Source: Camelus dromedarius
Taxonomy: Eukaryota
Assembly: GCF_036321535.1 (NCBI RefSeq)
Contig: NC_087436.1
Span: forward strand, 99,512,001-99,576,000
DNA length: 64,000 bases
Direction: 5' to 3'
Position numbers and translations under genes: made by a program. Of the stretch, positions 1 to 11,945 are shown one piece after another (the first letter of the stretch is position 1; each line of letters opens with the position of its first letter). The notes below the pieces were generated by a model. It was not told the origin of the DNA, searched no databases, and saw nothing but the letters and a program-made list of their open reading frames with translations.

Positions 1-181
1 CCCTTTCTCTCCAGAGTTAGGAGAACTAAGCAGGGACTCCAGGATGGCCAGCTTTTTCTAGAGAGAGATGTTCTGAAATTGTCAACTGGTTATTGGCAGA
101 TGTTCCATCCATGTGAATCTACTTGCTTTTCACGTTATTTTCATTTACAGAATACAAGTAAATATTCACACTAGTAAGAAG

Positions 182-201
182 TTTTTTTTTTTTTTTTTTT
201 T
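182..201. repeat. poly(T) tract
   Basis: About 20 consecutive T. Confidence 0.95.
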
Positions 202-1088
202 GCTAGAGGAAAAATGTATTTAATAAATGTTCATCATAAAGGTCATTTTTTTTCATTTTCAATGAATAATGTAAGCAAGCAATGATTTGGCAGAACTGAA
301 AAGCTTTCTGAAACCCATGGTCAGTGGAAAACTAAATGCTGCCCTGGGGCACGTTTTTATGAAAACAATTAACAAGAATTTTTCCCCCTGGAATTAGATT
401 TTGCCATTTAATGAAAAATAATTCATGCAGATTCAATCAACCAAAATATAACAGTGTTTACATAGCTATTACCCTCAAAAGTGGTTTTAGACCTCGAACA
501 GAAATATCTTGAGTCAGGAAAATTCGATTCCCCGGGGGAACGTTTTAGGAAAAGTAACTCTGAAAAGCTGAGTTAAAATCATCTTGGTTCATGAAGTGGA
601 CTTTGATCATTAACTTGGAACCCTTATCACAAGGAAATCCAATATTCAAAGCAGTATTGGAGGAGAAGTGAAATGAAAGGGAAATAACACTACTCTGTTT
701 GAAGTGGATTATCGGTTAGATTTTGGCACGTGCTGAAAACAGTCCTCACTCTGAACCTTTTCTTTCTTTCTTTTCCTCCCATGGGACTATTAGCAGTCAC
801 ATTGTGGATGTATGTTTTCTAAATGATTGCCCCTAGTACCAAGTTATTTTCCTGGTGATGATTCAGATTAGGGAGGAAGCATGCTAACTCTTTTTAGCTA
901 CTGGAGAATGTAGGTATAGGGCACATTATTACTGGAAGTTCCATAGGGATCTCAAAATCAATCTCTCCTCTCCCCCCCCCCTCCTTCCACCTCTTTCCCC
1001 TCCCCACCTCCATTTCATCCCCAAGCTCCACCGTTCATTCATGATAAATAGTTACATTTCAGAGATCTCTTTACGGGGGTGTTGGGTA

Positions 1089-1125
1089 CCCAGTACCTCC
1101 TCTAAATATAAATAAATAAATCTAA
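1089..1125 (+). mobile_element. 3' fragment of a camelid Vic-1-type tRNA-derived SINE
   Basis: CCCAGTACCTCC followed by an (AAAT)n tail; the same 3' end as the fuller copy at 17.9 kb. Confidence 0.55.
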
Positions 1126-1149
1126 ATCTTTGCAGGAGTGAGTAGGTGG

Positions 1150-1340
1150 AAAGACTATGACAAACAGAGTTCAATTTTAGATATATCTACAAATTCTGTG
1201 ATTTCAATAATACTCTACTTTTGACTGTTTCCTTCTGTTTTAATGGAGAATAAGAATTATTTTCTGGTGCTTTTCTTAGACCTAATTGAAACAACATATA
1301 TGACTTGTTCAGCATAGGTTTCATAAAGCATAAACTCAAT
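1150..1340 (+). mobile_element. MIR SINE remnant
   Basis: Degenerate MIR core (gagttcaatt...ctgtgatttc...gtttccttctgttttaatggagaataa). Confidence 0.5.
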
Positions 1341-1425
1341 TCCTTTTTCCTTGACATAGTAAAGAGCCATGGAAAAATATCACTAACATTACCAGGTGTC
1401 AGAGTTCAAATATTTGTAATATGCA

Positions 1426-1432
<7 letters not shown>

Positions 1433-1463
<31 letters not shown>
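1433..1463. repeat. (GT)n microsatellite
   Basis: About 15 perfect GT units. Confidence 0.97.
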
Positions 1464-1466
<3 letters not shown>

Positions 1467-4139
1467 GTGTATGTGTATCAGTAACGGATATTTACCTACA
1501 TTTTTTCATATTATGAAGATCATAATTTACATAATATAAATTTATCATTTTCATATGTTGATCTTTACTCTTTTCTTTTTTGTGCTATTTATTTGATTCC
1601 AAATCTGTAAGAATATAGCTTAAGATTCTCACACTGAGACGAATTAGCCTGCATGACACCATACTGTTCTATAGCTAACTCAATTTTGAGAAGTATTGTA
1701 ATAAAAATCAAAGGGTACGTGGAAAACTCCTTCTTATTTATATTTATGTAACTTTACAGTGTGCTGCTTTTTTCCTCAGGGTACAATAATTTTTGAAGTC
1801 ATTTTTTAAAAATTACAACTATTCATATTCTTTATAATTTGAACGTCTGTATCATGTTCTATATTCTGTGGTTGCTCACTGACACTTAATCATACCTCTG
1901 CCAATGATCTTTAGCAATTCTTATCTCTTTATATGTTTCCACATTTATAATGCTACGATTAGAAATAATCTCTTTCCCCTAAAAAGACATAAGTGTGGGA
2001 ATTTTACAATGTTGGAAGAGGACTGATTATCAAAACTACAATGTATGTAAAACCTATATTTATTTCTCCCACAGGCTTTAAAACTATGACTGCAGAAATG
2101 GTAGTGAAGGTGTGAGTTGTAAAGTGGTAAACTGAAGTGGGAACATCAAGTTGGTGTATCTTATTTTCTCATCTGGGTTACAAAGTTACTATTAAGATTT
2201 CAAAGTCAAGGCAGTATGCTTTATGCTGTCAGGAATCAAAATATTTATTTTAGAAATTGTCTATGAATGGGTTCTAGACTCTACAGACAAAACTGTAAAA
2301 TTGCTTACAAATAACACACTAATCACAGACCCACATAAACACAGTGATTGAGGAAATCGTGAGGTTGGATAGTCAAAAGGCTATCTGTAGTCCATACAAC
2401 ATTCCTATTTTGATTTAGCCTTGAATTTACTCCTTATGTAGACAATAGTCCACCATTTCTTGATTTTAATTTAATAAACTGAAAGGTAATGAAGATTGCT
2501 TCTTAAGAATGCATTGCTATTTTTATATGACCCATGTATTTAAAACTTCATCAGGATATGTTTTCAAAGAGAACATTTCTTTTTTAAAACATTGAGACAT
2601 TACGGCAAAAGCTCCTACCTATTTTATTTCTAGAAATTAGTCCTTTTCAAAATATCTATCAGTTATACCTAGAGTCCCATAGTAGTGCCTTATCCATTCT
2701 CTCATTTCCAGTTTTCTTGTGGAACATTTCCCCTTCTTCCTTCCTTGCTCCATTACCCAACTGTTATAGACTGAAGTCATTTGGCGAAACCTCTGAAACC
2801 TCCTTCTATTGGTTGGCACTGGCCATACCAAGGGTGGTGACCACAGAGGTGTACCCAGTTTCTATTTCTCAAGGTGCCCTGATGTTGCTTCATTCAGTGC
2901 AGAAGCTACGGAATGGCTGTTTCCCATCTCCAAGACATGTGTTACCATGTGTACATTGAAGCAGCTTTCCTTAAGACTAAATATTATTACTTACCTCATG
3001 AAAAATATTTCTTTCTCATCTACTTGATCCACATATGCATAGGCCCAGTACAGCTGGTTTAAATGAAACCATACTTTATATCCCTCTTGGCTTACCTACC
3101 ACTACCACTCAGTTACTAGTTTATACAAACAATATCAACAATGACAATCCCATGTAAATCAACAACTATAATAAGCAATCTTGGAAAAATAAACGACGAA
3201 TCATTCCTGGACAGGAAAATTGATAAGCATTTTTCTATTAACAGTTACTAAGACTAGGTTTAGGTAAAAACTTCACTGCTACATTAGAAGTAACCAAGTA
3301 TTCAATCAATATTGTTTTATAAAATAAAATATATGAATTTCTTAAACTTGTTTTATTATCCATTAATTTATTCTCTAACGATTAGAACATTTAGCGTAAA
3401 TGAACTCTACTTTTTAGTAATTGATGCTGTCATTTTATTTTCCAAACCTGAGTTTCCACCTGACTTTTATTTTAAGAGCACTGCTGACATTCAGGTAACC
3501 AAGCTCATGATCTTCACTAGACAGTTAATAGAATTGGGCAATTTTTTTATTCACATGGTCTCTGGAATCCACTTTCTCTCATGATGATTATTTACATTTT
3601 TCTTTAGATTTTACGTTAATCTGAAAAGTACATTCCATTATTTTAGCCTCTCTCTGCTTCAGTCACTCTTACCCAATGCTGTGAGATTATTATTGACCAG
3701 GCTATCAGCACTTTGAAATTCAGGGTTTTAGATGTTATGGTTTGGGTGCTGACAAGGTTTGAAGTGTGATCACTGAGCAAAGATTGCTGAAGTAACAGAA
3801 ATCACAGACCTCTAAGTTCAGGTTGTGGAAGTCACCTTTGATTTTGATAGCAGCTGTTGATAAGAGAAAGGAATACGATCCACGTTCTAGACTGGTCAGT
3901 GAAAAAGAATAACCTGGAAGTCACTCCAGTTGTCCCATCTGTGACACTCTCCACCCTTTACCCTTTGTGGCACCAATTATGCACATAGCTTGCCTTCTTT
4001 CACAAAGCATTGTCTCCTTGAGAGATGTTTTGTGTGTTATTTTTTATTGCAGTCTTATCTCTTGTAAGATAAGTTTTTACATACACACTTGGTATGTATG
4101 TAAAAACCATTAACTAAGTAAATAATAAATGAACATTGA

Positions 4140-4275
4140 ACATGTAGGATATTTATCTGCTCTACTCTACTCATTTTTCAGATGTAGAAACTGAGGCCAA
4201 GAAGACAAATAAATGTGCAAGATTATCAGGCTAAAGGGAAACAAGTATTATAACTATATCCTTTAGTCCTATCTC
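4140..4275 (-). mobile_element. MIR SINE remnant
   Basis: ctcatttttcagatgtagaaactgaggc is the reverse complement of the MIR core. Confidence 0.7.
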
Positions 4276-5299
4276 AGATTACTCAGGAGAGTTTGGGTTT
4301 ATGCTGCTATCCTGGAATAATTTTTTATAGCACCACTTTTACTCTCAATGTTGTCCTGTATTGCATAATACATGATATGGTCACCTAGTTACAACTCAGA
4401 TATCTGAGCGAAGGTTTGTGATTTTTTTCTACTCTTCCATATTATTTCTAATTTTGAGTAAATTTTTTGAACATCTATTTGACTAAAACTATATCATAAA
4501 TGAATAAAGAAGTTATCCAGATTCAGGGACTGTTATCCCTGTGGAACTTTTAATAATGGTTCTAATATGTAATTTTATTTCAATAAGTATGTTTAAAATA
4601 TCACTTAATTTTTTGAAACTATAATCTAGACGGTTAAAGGTGTATTATGATTTATTTATAATCATAAATACATATTAAATAAAGGATGAATTCTTTTGTG
4701 TCTGAATGTATTTACTAGGATTAATCCTTCAATTCAATGAATTGGGTAGCATGTATTCAATTAATTCCTAATATGTTAGATTTTAATTCTGTGCTATGTA
4801 ATTTTAACTACTGATATAATAGAAGACTCTGTACATGTATCTCAGTCCTTTGAAGGTGGATATAACAGTCCTGTAGTTTTCAGTGCAACACAGAAGTTAT
4901 TTTCTCCACCTGAATGCTTGAACCATGCTGTACCCAACAAAACATTTTCTGTCTGCATGCCTTGTGTTTGCTTTTGAAAAAACACTAACTCAGGTTACAT
5001 GAAATCTTCCCTTTTCTTAAAAAAAATATTCTTCTCCTTCATTTGCAATCAAATAAGCTATATATTGTAAAATAATATTTTGTAAATGCTCTCATTCTCC
5101 ATGAGCCACTCATTTTCCTATTTTGATCTGGCAAATCTGAAAGCCTGCAGCACTAACCATTGTATCTACTCACATTCTCTATGCATAAACCCAAGCAATT
5201 AGACTTCCTAGCAAACATCACAAAACTAAACGGATTTGTTTCATTTTAAGTTTAAGTTTAAATTTACTTTAAGACATACACCTCAACTAATCTTTCAAC

Positions 5300-6030
5300 A
5301 CGACCTAAGCATTTTACAGCTTGCCCGGTTATGTCACTTTCTAGTGTTCAGCATGATGGCTGTCTTCTCTCTTCCTTAAAACCCTAACACTCTCTTTTTC
5401 TAACTCTAAGGCAATGGCCTTATTTTAGTCTTCACTGAGGGGAAAAAGAAGGTAGGTAAGAAATACCTCATCTTCCCATCGATGAATCTGCACAGAAACT
5501 TGAATCAATAGCTAAATTATCCATTGTCCCTCCTGTTACAATGAAAGAAAAGCCTCTGTTCTCAAAAGCCAGTAGTTTATTTTGTGGTTTGGATGCTAGG
5601 CCTTTCTCTTTCTCAAGGACTCTGCTTCACCTCTGCTTTGTTCACCATTATTAATCTCTCCCACTCAACTCTGTCTTTCCCGCTGCCTAAACCATTCCTT
5701 ACCTAAGTATGTGTATATATGTGAATTTAATCATTTTTGCCTTCATTAAAAGAGCAATCTTTTAACCACAGTCCTTTTAGATTCTATTCATTACTCTAAA
5801 CTATTTCTCAAAAAAAGTAAGAAAATTAGTTTTTTTTTAAATAAAGTATAGTCTATATTTGTTGTTTTAATTATCCTTTAGTCCTATCCCGCCTTCACTT
5901 TCTCTAACCTGCTTTGTTTCCACTGATCAACTAAAACTTCTCTTCTGAGGGTCTGTGTTATCAACTCAACAAATATTTCCTTCTCTTTTTCCTAATCCAT
6001 CTTTCAGGATCATTCTACATGTCAATCACT
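5300..6030 (+). mobile_element. LINE-2 ORF2 (RT region) fragment
   Basis: The segment ccactgatcaactaaaacttctcttctgagggtc...ccatctttcaggatcattctacatgtcaatcact resembles the DNA encoding the L2 STETAL..DLSAAFDTVDH region; pyrimidine-rich L2-like composition. Confidence 0.6.
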
Positions 6031-6054
6031 TGGTGTACAGCAAAGTGATTCAGT

Positions 6055-6088
<34 letters not shown>

Positions 6089-6089
<1 letters not shown>

Positions 6090-6912
6090 TTAACATTTTA
6101 TATTGATTTATAATCATTTTACAATGTTGTGTCAAATTCCAGTGTTGAGCACAATTTTTCAGTTATACATGAACATACATATATTCATTGTCACATTTTT
6201 TTCTCTGTGAGCTACCATAGATTTTGTGTATATTTCCCTATGCTATACAGTATAATCTTGTTTATCTATTCTACAATTTTGAAATCCCATCTATCCCTTC
6301 CCACCCTCCACCCCCTTGGCAACCACAAGTTTGTATTCAATGTCTGAGTCTGTTTCTGTTTTGTATTTATGCTTTGTTTGTTTGATTCTTTGTTTGTTTG
6401 TTTGTTTTAGATTCCACATATGAGCGATCTCATATGGTATTTTTCTTTCTCTTTCTGGCTTACTTCGCTTAGAATGACATTCTCCAGGAGCATCCATGTT
6501 GCTGCAAATGGCGTTATGTTGTTGGTTTTTATGGCTGAGTAGTATTCCATTGTATAAATATACCACCTCTTCTTTTTCCAGTCATCCGTTGATGGACATT
6601 TAGGCTGTCTCCATGTTTTGGCTGTTGTAAATAGTGCTGCTATGAACATTGGGGTGCAGGTGTCATCCTGAAGTAGGGTTCCTTCTGGATATAAGCCCAG
6701 GAGTGGGATTCCTGGATCATACGGTAAGTCTATTCCTAGTCTTTTGGGGAATCTCCACACTGTTTTCCATAGTGGCTGCACCAAACTGCATTCCCACCAG
6801 CAGTGTAGGAGGGTTCCCCTTTCTCCACAGCCTCTCCAGCATTTGTCATTTGTGGATTTTTGAATGACAGCCATTCTGATTGGTGTGAGGTGATACCTCA
6901 TTGTAGTTTTGA
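6089..6912 (-). mobile_element. Young, 5'-truncated LINE-1 (camelid-type 3'UTR)
   Basis: 3'UTR plus an uninterrupted ORF2 C-terminal frame; inserted into the (TG)(TA)/(TATC) microsatellite of the older L1. Confidence 0.95.
6407..6901 (-). pseudogene. LINE-1 ORF2p C-terminal fragment (cysteine-rich domain), 164 aa, 5'-truncated
   Basis: MRYHLTPIRMA...[19 protein letters not shown]...[12 protein letters not shown]...WYIYTMEYYSAIK...SLICGI* is the canonical L1 ORF2p C-terminus with its native stop. Confidence 0.95.
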
Positions 6913-6914
6913 GA

Positions 6915-6941
6915 TATCTATCTATCTATCTATCTATCTAT
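6915..6941. repeat. (TATC)n microsatellite
   Basis: About 6 TATC units at the L1/L1 junction. Confidence 0.9.
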
Positions 6942-7744
6942 ATTCTTTTTCAGATTATTTTCCATTATTGTTGTTGTAGTATATTAAATATAGTTCTCTG
7001 TGCTATACAGTAGGTCCTTGTTGTTTATCTGTTTTGTATTAGTGTATATCTGTTAATCTCAAATTCCAAATTTATCCATCCCCTCCCTTTTTTTTTCTTT
7101 TTTGGTAACCATAAGTTTGTTTTCTATATCTGTGAGACTATTTTTATTTGTAAGTAAATTCCTTTGTATCATTTTTTAGATTCCACATATAAGTGATATT
7201 ATGTATTTGTCTTTGTCTGACTTACTTCACTTAGTATAATAATCTCTAGTTCCACCCATGTTGCTGCAAATGGCATTATTTTATTCTTTTTATGGCTGAG
7301 TAATAGTCCATTGTGTATATATACCACATCTACTTTATCCAGTCATCTGTTGATGAACATCTGTTGTTTCCATGTCATGGCTATTGTAAATAGTGCTACT
7401 ATGAACATTGGGGTGCATGTGTCTTTTCAGAGTTTTAGAGTTTTTTTCTGAATACGTGCCCCGGAGTGGGATTGCTGGATCATATGTTAAGTCTATTTTT
7501 AGCCTTTTAAGGAACCTCCATACTGTCCTCCATAGTGGCTGCACCAATTTACATTCCCATCAACAATGTAGGAGGATTCCCTTTCCTCCACACCCTCTCC
7601 AGCATTCATTATTTGTAGACTTTTTAATTATGGCTATTATGACCTGTATGAGGTCATACCTCATTGTGGTTTTGATTTGCATTTCTCTAATAATAGTAAT
7701 GTTGAGCATCTTTTCATATGCCTATTGGCCATCTCACATTCTTA

Positions 7745-8010
7745 AGTAACAACTTCCTGAGCCAAAATAACATAGATATTGTCATCAACCATTCCTTGTT
7801 TCTTATCTCAACTTGCAACTGAGCAGCAAATCTCATTTACATCCAAAATCTGTTATTTCAGATTACTGCCTTGATCTCCTTCACTACCATCTTGGTTTTT
7901 GTGATGATTATGTTACATCTGGATCACTAACAATTTTCTAAGGAACATCTCTGCACACTCTCTTGAGCTCTATCCTGCATTCTTTAGACAGTATCTAGAG
8001 TGCTATTTTA
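7745..8010 (+). mobile_element. LINE-2 fragment (continuation of 5300-6030)
   Basis: L2 3'-ORF2-like text (cttcactaccatcttgg...catctggatcactaac...acagtatctagagtgctatttta). Confidence 0.5.
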
Positions 8011-8029
8011 AGTGTGAAAGGAGTATTAT

Positions 8030-8716
8030 AAAAAATGAGAGAATAGCTTCATAAATTTTGAGTAGCCAAAGATTTCTTAAGAAACAAAAAGTAATAATTA
8101 TAAATAAAAATATTGATGAAATAGATTAATTAAAAATAAGAATTTCTAATATTCAGAGTTTCCATGAAAAAAGTGAAAAGACAAGTCACATATAGGAGAA
8201 GATACCTGCCATTTATATAGCAGATACAAGACACATGTACAGTGTGTTAACAAACTCAATTAAAAAATCAATAAGAAAATACAAAAGGCCTGATTAAAAA
8301 TATATACCATATTAAAAATGGGCTTTACAAAAAAATGTTAGCTATCAGGGGAATTAAATGTTGAATCAGGTATAACTACCAGAAGGGCTAAAATTAAAAG
8401 AAGTGATAATATGTATTGTCAAGGACTTGGATCAACTGAAACTCTCAAACTCTGCAAGCAGAAATACCAAATTTTACAACAGCTTTGCTGAGTTTCACTT
8501 AGCAAAGTAAAAATATGACATAGTAATCCATTTATTGACATATACTTATAAGTGTACTAAAAGACATTAAAGGAATGTTATAGAAATAATATTCATGGAA
8601 GATCCAACCTGGAAAGAACACAAATGTCCAATTATAATAAATACATCTTTATAATAAAATAGCAAACAGCAATGGAAAAACAAACTACTATTATACAAAT
8701 CACAGGAATAAACTAC
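8030..8716 (+). mobile_element. Ancient L1M (L1MC/L1ME-like) ORF2 3' region
   Basis: A-rich, decayed L1 text (ccaaagatttcttaag, aaagtgaaaagacaagtcaca, ggatcaactgaaactctc, caaatgtcca). Confidence 0.75.
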
Positions 8717-9225
8717 TGTTGGGCTGCACCCCAGAGACCTGCAAGCCCTGTACTTGCCCAGCCTCAAGACCAAAGAAAGAGCCCAGAGTCAGTACAGTCA
8801 CCAATGGCTTCATGAACGGGGGCATCTTACAGGTCTGAAGCAAAGTCCTGGAGCGACACCCCAGCATGTGCAGCAGACAGCGGGCAGGACATGGCAGCAG
8901 TCTTAGCTCCCAAGGGGATAGGAAGGTTACCAGTTATAGAGGGAATTGACTTCAGGTTGGCTCATCAGTTAGTAGGGAAACCAGCAGAGGAGCATGCCTT
9001 CATACTACTCTTTTGATAAGCTATCATGATGGAGGTGTTCTGATCTGAAGGTTAGAACAATCACTAGCGAGGGCCAGGGCAAGTTCATAGGCATTTATAG
9101 ATTAAGCTCTATGATTAAGAGGGAAGGTCAGTCATGTGAATCAAGTGCAGGTGAAGCAGGAACTGGTCAAGCAGAGGATGTCCAGAGAGCAAGAGAACAG
9201 CCATCCTGGGTGGCTTGACCATACA
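8717..9225 (-). mobile_element. Solo ERV LTR (509 bp) with 5-bp TSD
   Basis: Begins TG and ends CA; perfect ACTAC duplication at 8712-8716 and 9226-9230; GC content jumps relative to the flanks; minus strand starts TGTATGGTCAAGCCACCCAGGATGGC. Confidence 0.85.
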
Positions 9226-9732
9226 ACTACATAGACATATTACTCGTGATATTGACACAGTGGGTTTATCTGAATGCAAGCTAAAAGTCCAAAGTGAAAA
9301 GGATTCTCTGAGGAAGGATAAAGGAGTGGAATAGGTCATAAACATCTCTTTATTTTTTTTCAGTTTTATTGGTTTATTTTGCCTCCTTAACATAGTTCAC
9401 ACGAGATATCGATTGATATCTCAAGTGATCTCCACTGGTGTTATAGTGAGAAGAGTTTCTTATCAGATTATAACATTAGGATGACTTATATATTTAGTAG
9501 CTCTGATGTTTTAAGTTTTCAAATTGTTTTTTAAAGATTATATTTTATTATGGAATTTTGAGAGGTTGTATCTGGCAGTGCTGTATAAGTGATTTAATAA
9601 ATGTTACATCATATTTTCCCTAAATTTAAATAAGAAGAGTCATATATTTAAGGAAGTTAAACCAAGCACAATCAACTAGAAGATGTCAAGGGGAAATGAC
9701 TACATTTAGTAATAAAGCCATTATTACCACAT

Positions 9733-10209
9733 TGTAATTATCTATTGTTATGCAATAAATCCTCCTAAAACTTGGTGGCTTAAAACAAAAAGAACCATTA
9801 ACATCTCTCAAAGTTCTGAGGGTTGGTTAAGTGATCCTTGCTCAAAGTCACTCACCCAGTTGCAGTCACACAGTAGATGGAACTGGGTCTGTTTGAAAAT
9901 TTCCACACTCTCATGTCTACAGGTTTATTAATGCTGGCTATAGTCTTGGAACTCATCTGGGCCAGTCATCCTGAAAACCTAGACAGAGACTTTCCATGTG
10001 GCCTGGGCTTTCTCGCAGCATGGCTGGTTCCATGAGCAAGCAGAAGCTTTATCAGCTTTCATAACTTAACCTCAGAAATCACGTAGTGTCTATCCACAGT
10101 GTTCACAGCTCCACCCAGATTCAAGTACAGGCACCTAAACACCTCTCTGGGAGGAGTGACAGTCACATATTGTAGGAAAATCATGTAAGAGGATGGTATA
10201 TCTGCCACA
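9733..10209 (-). mobile_element. MaLR LTR (MLT1G/H-like)
   Basis: tgtaattatctattg...aaaacttggtggcttaaaacaa...ccatgtggcctgggctttctcgcagcatggctg...tctgccaca. Confidence 0.8.
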
Positions 10210-11769
10210 TTTTCTAAGGCAGGAAATATTACTGCACATTCAAATGTATTTACATTGTTAATGCTGAACTAAAGAAAGTTGTTAACCAAAATGAAGCTGT
10301 CACTACTGTCTCATCTTTACTATGACTTTGTATATTTCATAAAGCTAGTAGAAACATATTAGTATTAATAACAGAGTAAATAGTAAAACAAAAGATTTGT
10401 AATTATAGTTATTAATATATAGTATGTATATATATTTTGGCTTTTTACTAGCCCTAAATTCCAGACTACTTTTTTACCCCAATACTTGTGTTTTAATAAA
10501 GAGATCTGTTTTTTTTTAATCCATTTGTTATCAGGTAATAGTTCTGAAACTAATTCCTAATAGGTGTTTTGTCATCAACTGGCATTCGATCCAGTATTCT
10601 AAATTTGAGAGATTATGATATCCACATTTGCACAGTGATACTGTAGAGACAGCATGATAATGACCTTGAAGTATGATAGTATTTCAATAAATAATTAATA
10701 ATTCTGACTGTATATTTCACAGAAGTAGATCATAGTCCATGTTATTGAGAGCACATTGCCTTTTCTGTTTTGCTGATTGTTCAGCATCAGAGCAATTTAT
10801 TATGCTAATAAAAAGGATAATGGAAAAGAGAGATTTTGTCTGATATTGAACTGTAATTAAAATGTTAGAGTTGGAATCTGTTTTTAATATAAATGAGAAT
10901 TCAATAATAAACTGTCTGTGACACAAATTACTTATCTTAGAGAGAGGCACAGGGGACTTGAGAATTAATAACAATTTTAATGTGCATTTAATAAAACTAT
11001 GAACTAAACAGCGTGGGATGAGAAAAAAAGGTGAATTTAGAATACATTCTTAAACAAATGTGTTAAATACACTCTTTGAATTAAGACTCTAACTCATTTT
11101 TATCATAGTGTCTTGATACAGTCAACTCTAAATTTAATTTTTCAGTTTCACTGACAATAGTATGTTTTTGATTTCTGAACTTGCAATGTTATCTTTTTTT
11201 TGGCAAGAGAAGGAAGAATATATATCAATTTTAAAGCATATGATTAATTATAGATTCATCCTTTTTTAAAAGAGGGAACACTCATGGAAGATCACATATC
11301 ATGGGAGATAATTACTTTAGGAAGGGAGATAATATATCCAACAATTTTATGAACACAACAACTTGAGGTTCTGAATAGCTTCTCCACACTTCACAGCTAC
11401 TACAGCAAATGTGATTCTGATGTGATAGCAGCCACTTAGGTTATGTCTATATGTCAGCAACACCAAAAACTGATTAATTAAGCAAATGCTAACAAACAGG
11501 ACAGTTACGTTTCAATTTTTTAAGTGAAACTGGGGAGAAAAGCAATAGTAACTCACCATAATTTTTCAAGATGCCTGCATTATAAAGTGAGTGTTAAGAA
11601 TATGACAATAGCTTTATGTTTTACTTCTAGAATCCTCTCCCACTGATTCTTTCAGTAGTTGCAAATAGAGGCAATTAAGGAGGAAGTCTATGAAGTCTTT
11701 AAATTTTTAAAGAGAAATTCCAACCAACCTTTTTTTTTTTAGGTAATAACTATAGCAGTAGTAATGACA

Positions 11770-11945
11770 ACTAATTCAGTAAGTTCAAACTTTACCACGT
11801 ACAGTAGTAAGTGCTTTATATTAATTAACTCATTTAATATTCACATTCATTCTCTAAGAAAAATGAGCCCAAGGTCACAGGCTAATATGTGGCAGAGCAG
11901 GGATTTGAACTAGTAAGTCCACCTACGGAGTCTAAACTTAAGCAC
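11770..11945 (-). mobile_element. MIR SINE remnant
   Basis: taagtgcttta...actcatttaat...cccaaggtcacaggctaatatgtggcagagcagggatttgaac. Confidence 0.8.

Larger units (their letters stand above)
6031..7734 (-). mobile_element. Older Cetartiodactyl-type LINE-1 3' end (3'UTR plus ORF2 C-terminus), split by a younger L1
   Basis: ggtgtacagcaaagtgattcagtt at 6032 resumes at ~6913-6945 (tattctttttcagattattttccattat). ORF 7335..7547 reads [28 protein letters not shown] (L1 ORF2p) and then frameshifts. Confidence 0.92.

Noticed and set aside
7408..7749. 113-aa plus-strand ORF (also 6649-6867 and 52365-52581)
   Set aside because: Antisense translations of L1 ORF2, a well-known artefact.
9403..9422. Hairpin GAGATATC-gatt-GATATCTC (also 8482-8506 and 40745-40772)
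   Set aside because: Stems are too short for a pre-miRNA, have no terminator meaning in a mammalian context, and are expected by chance.
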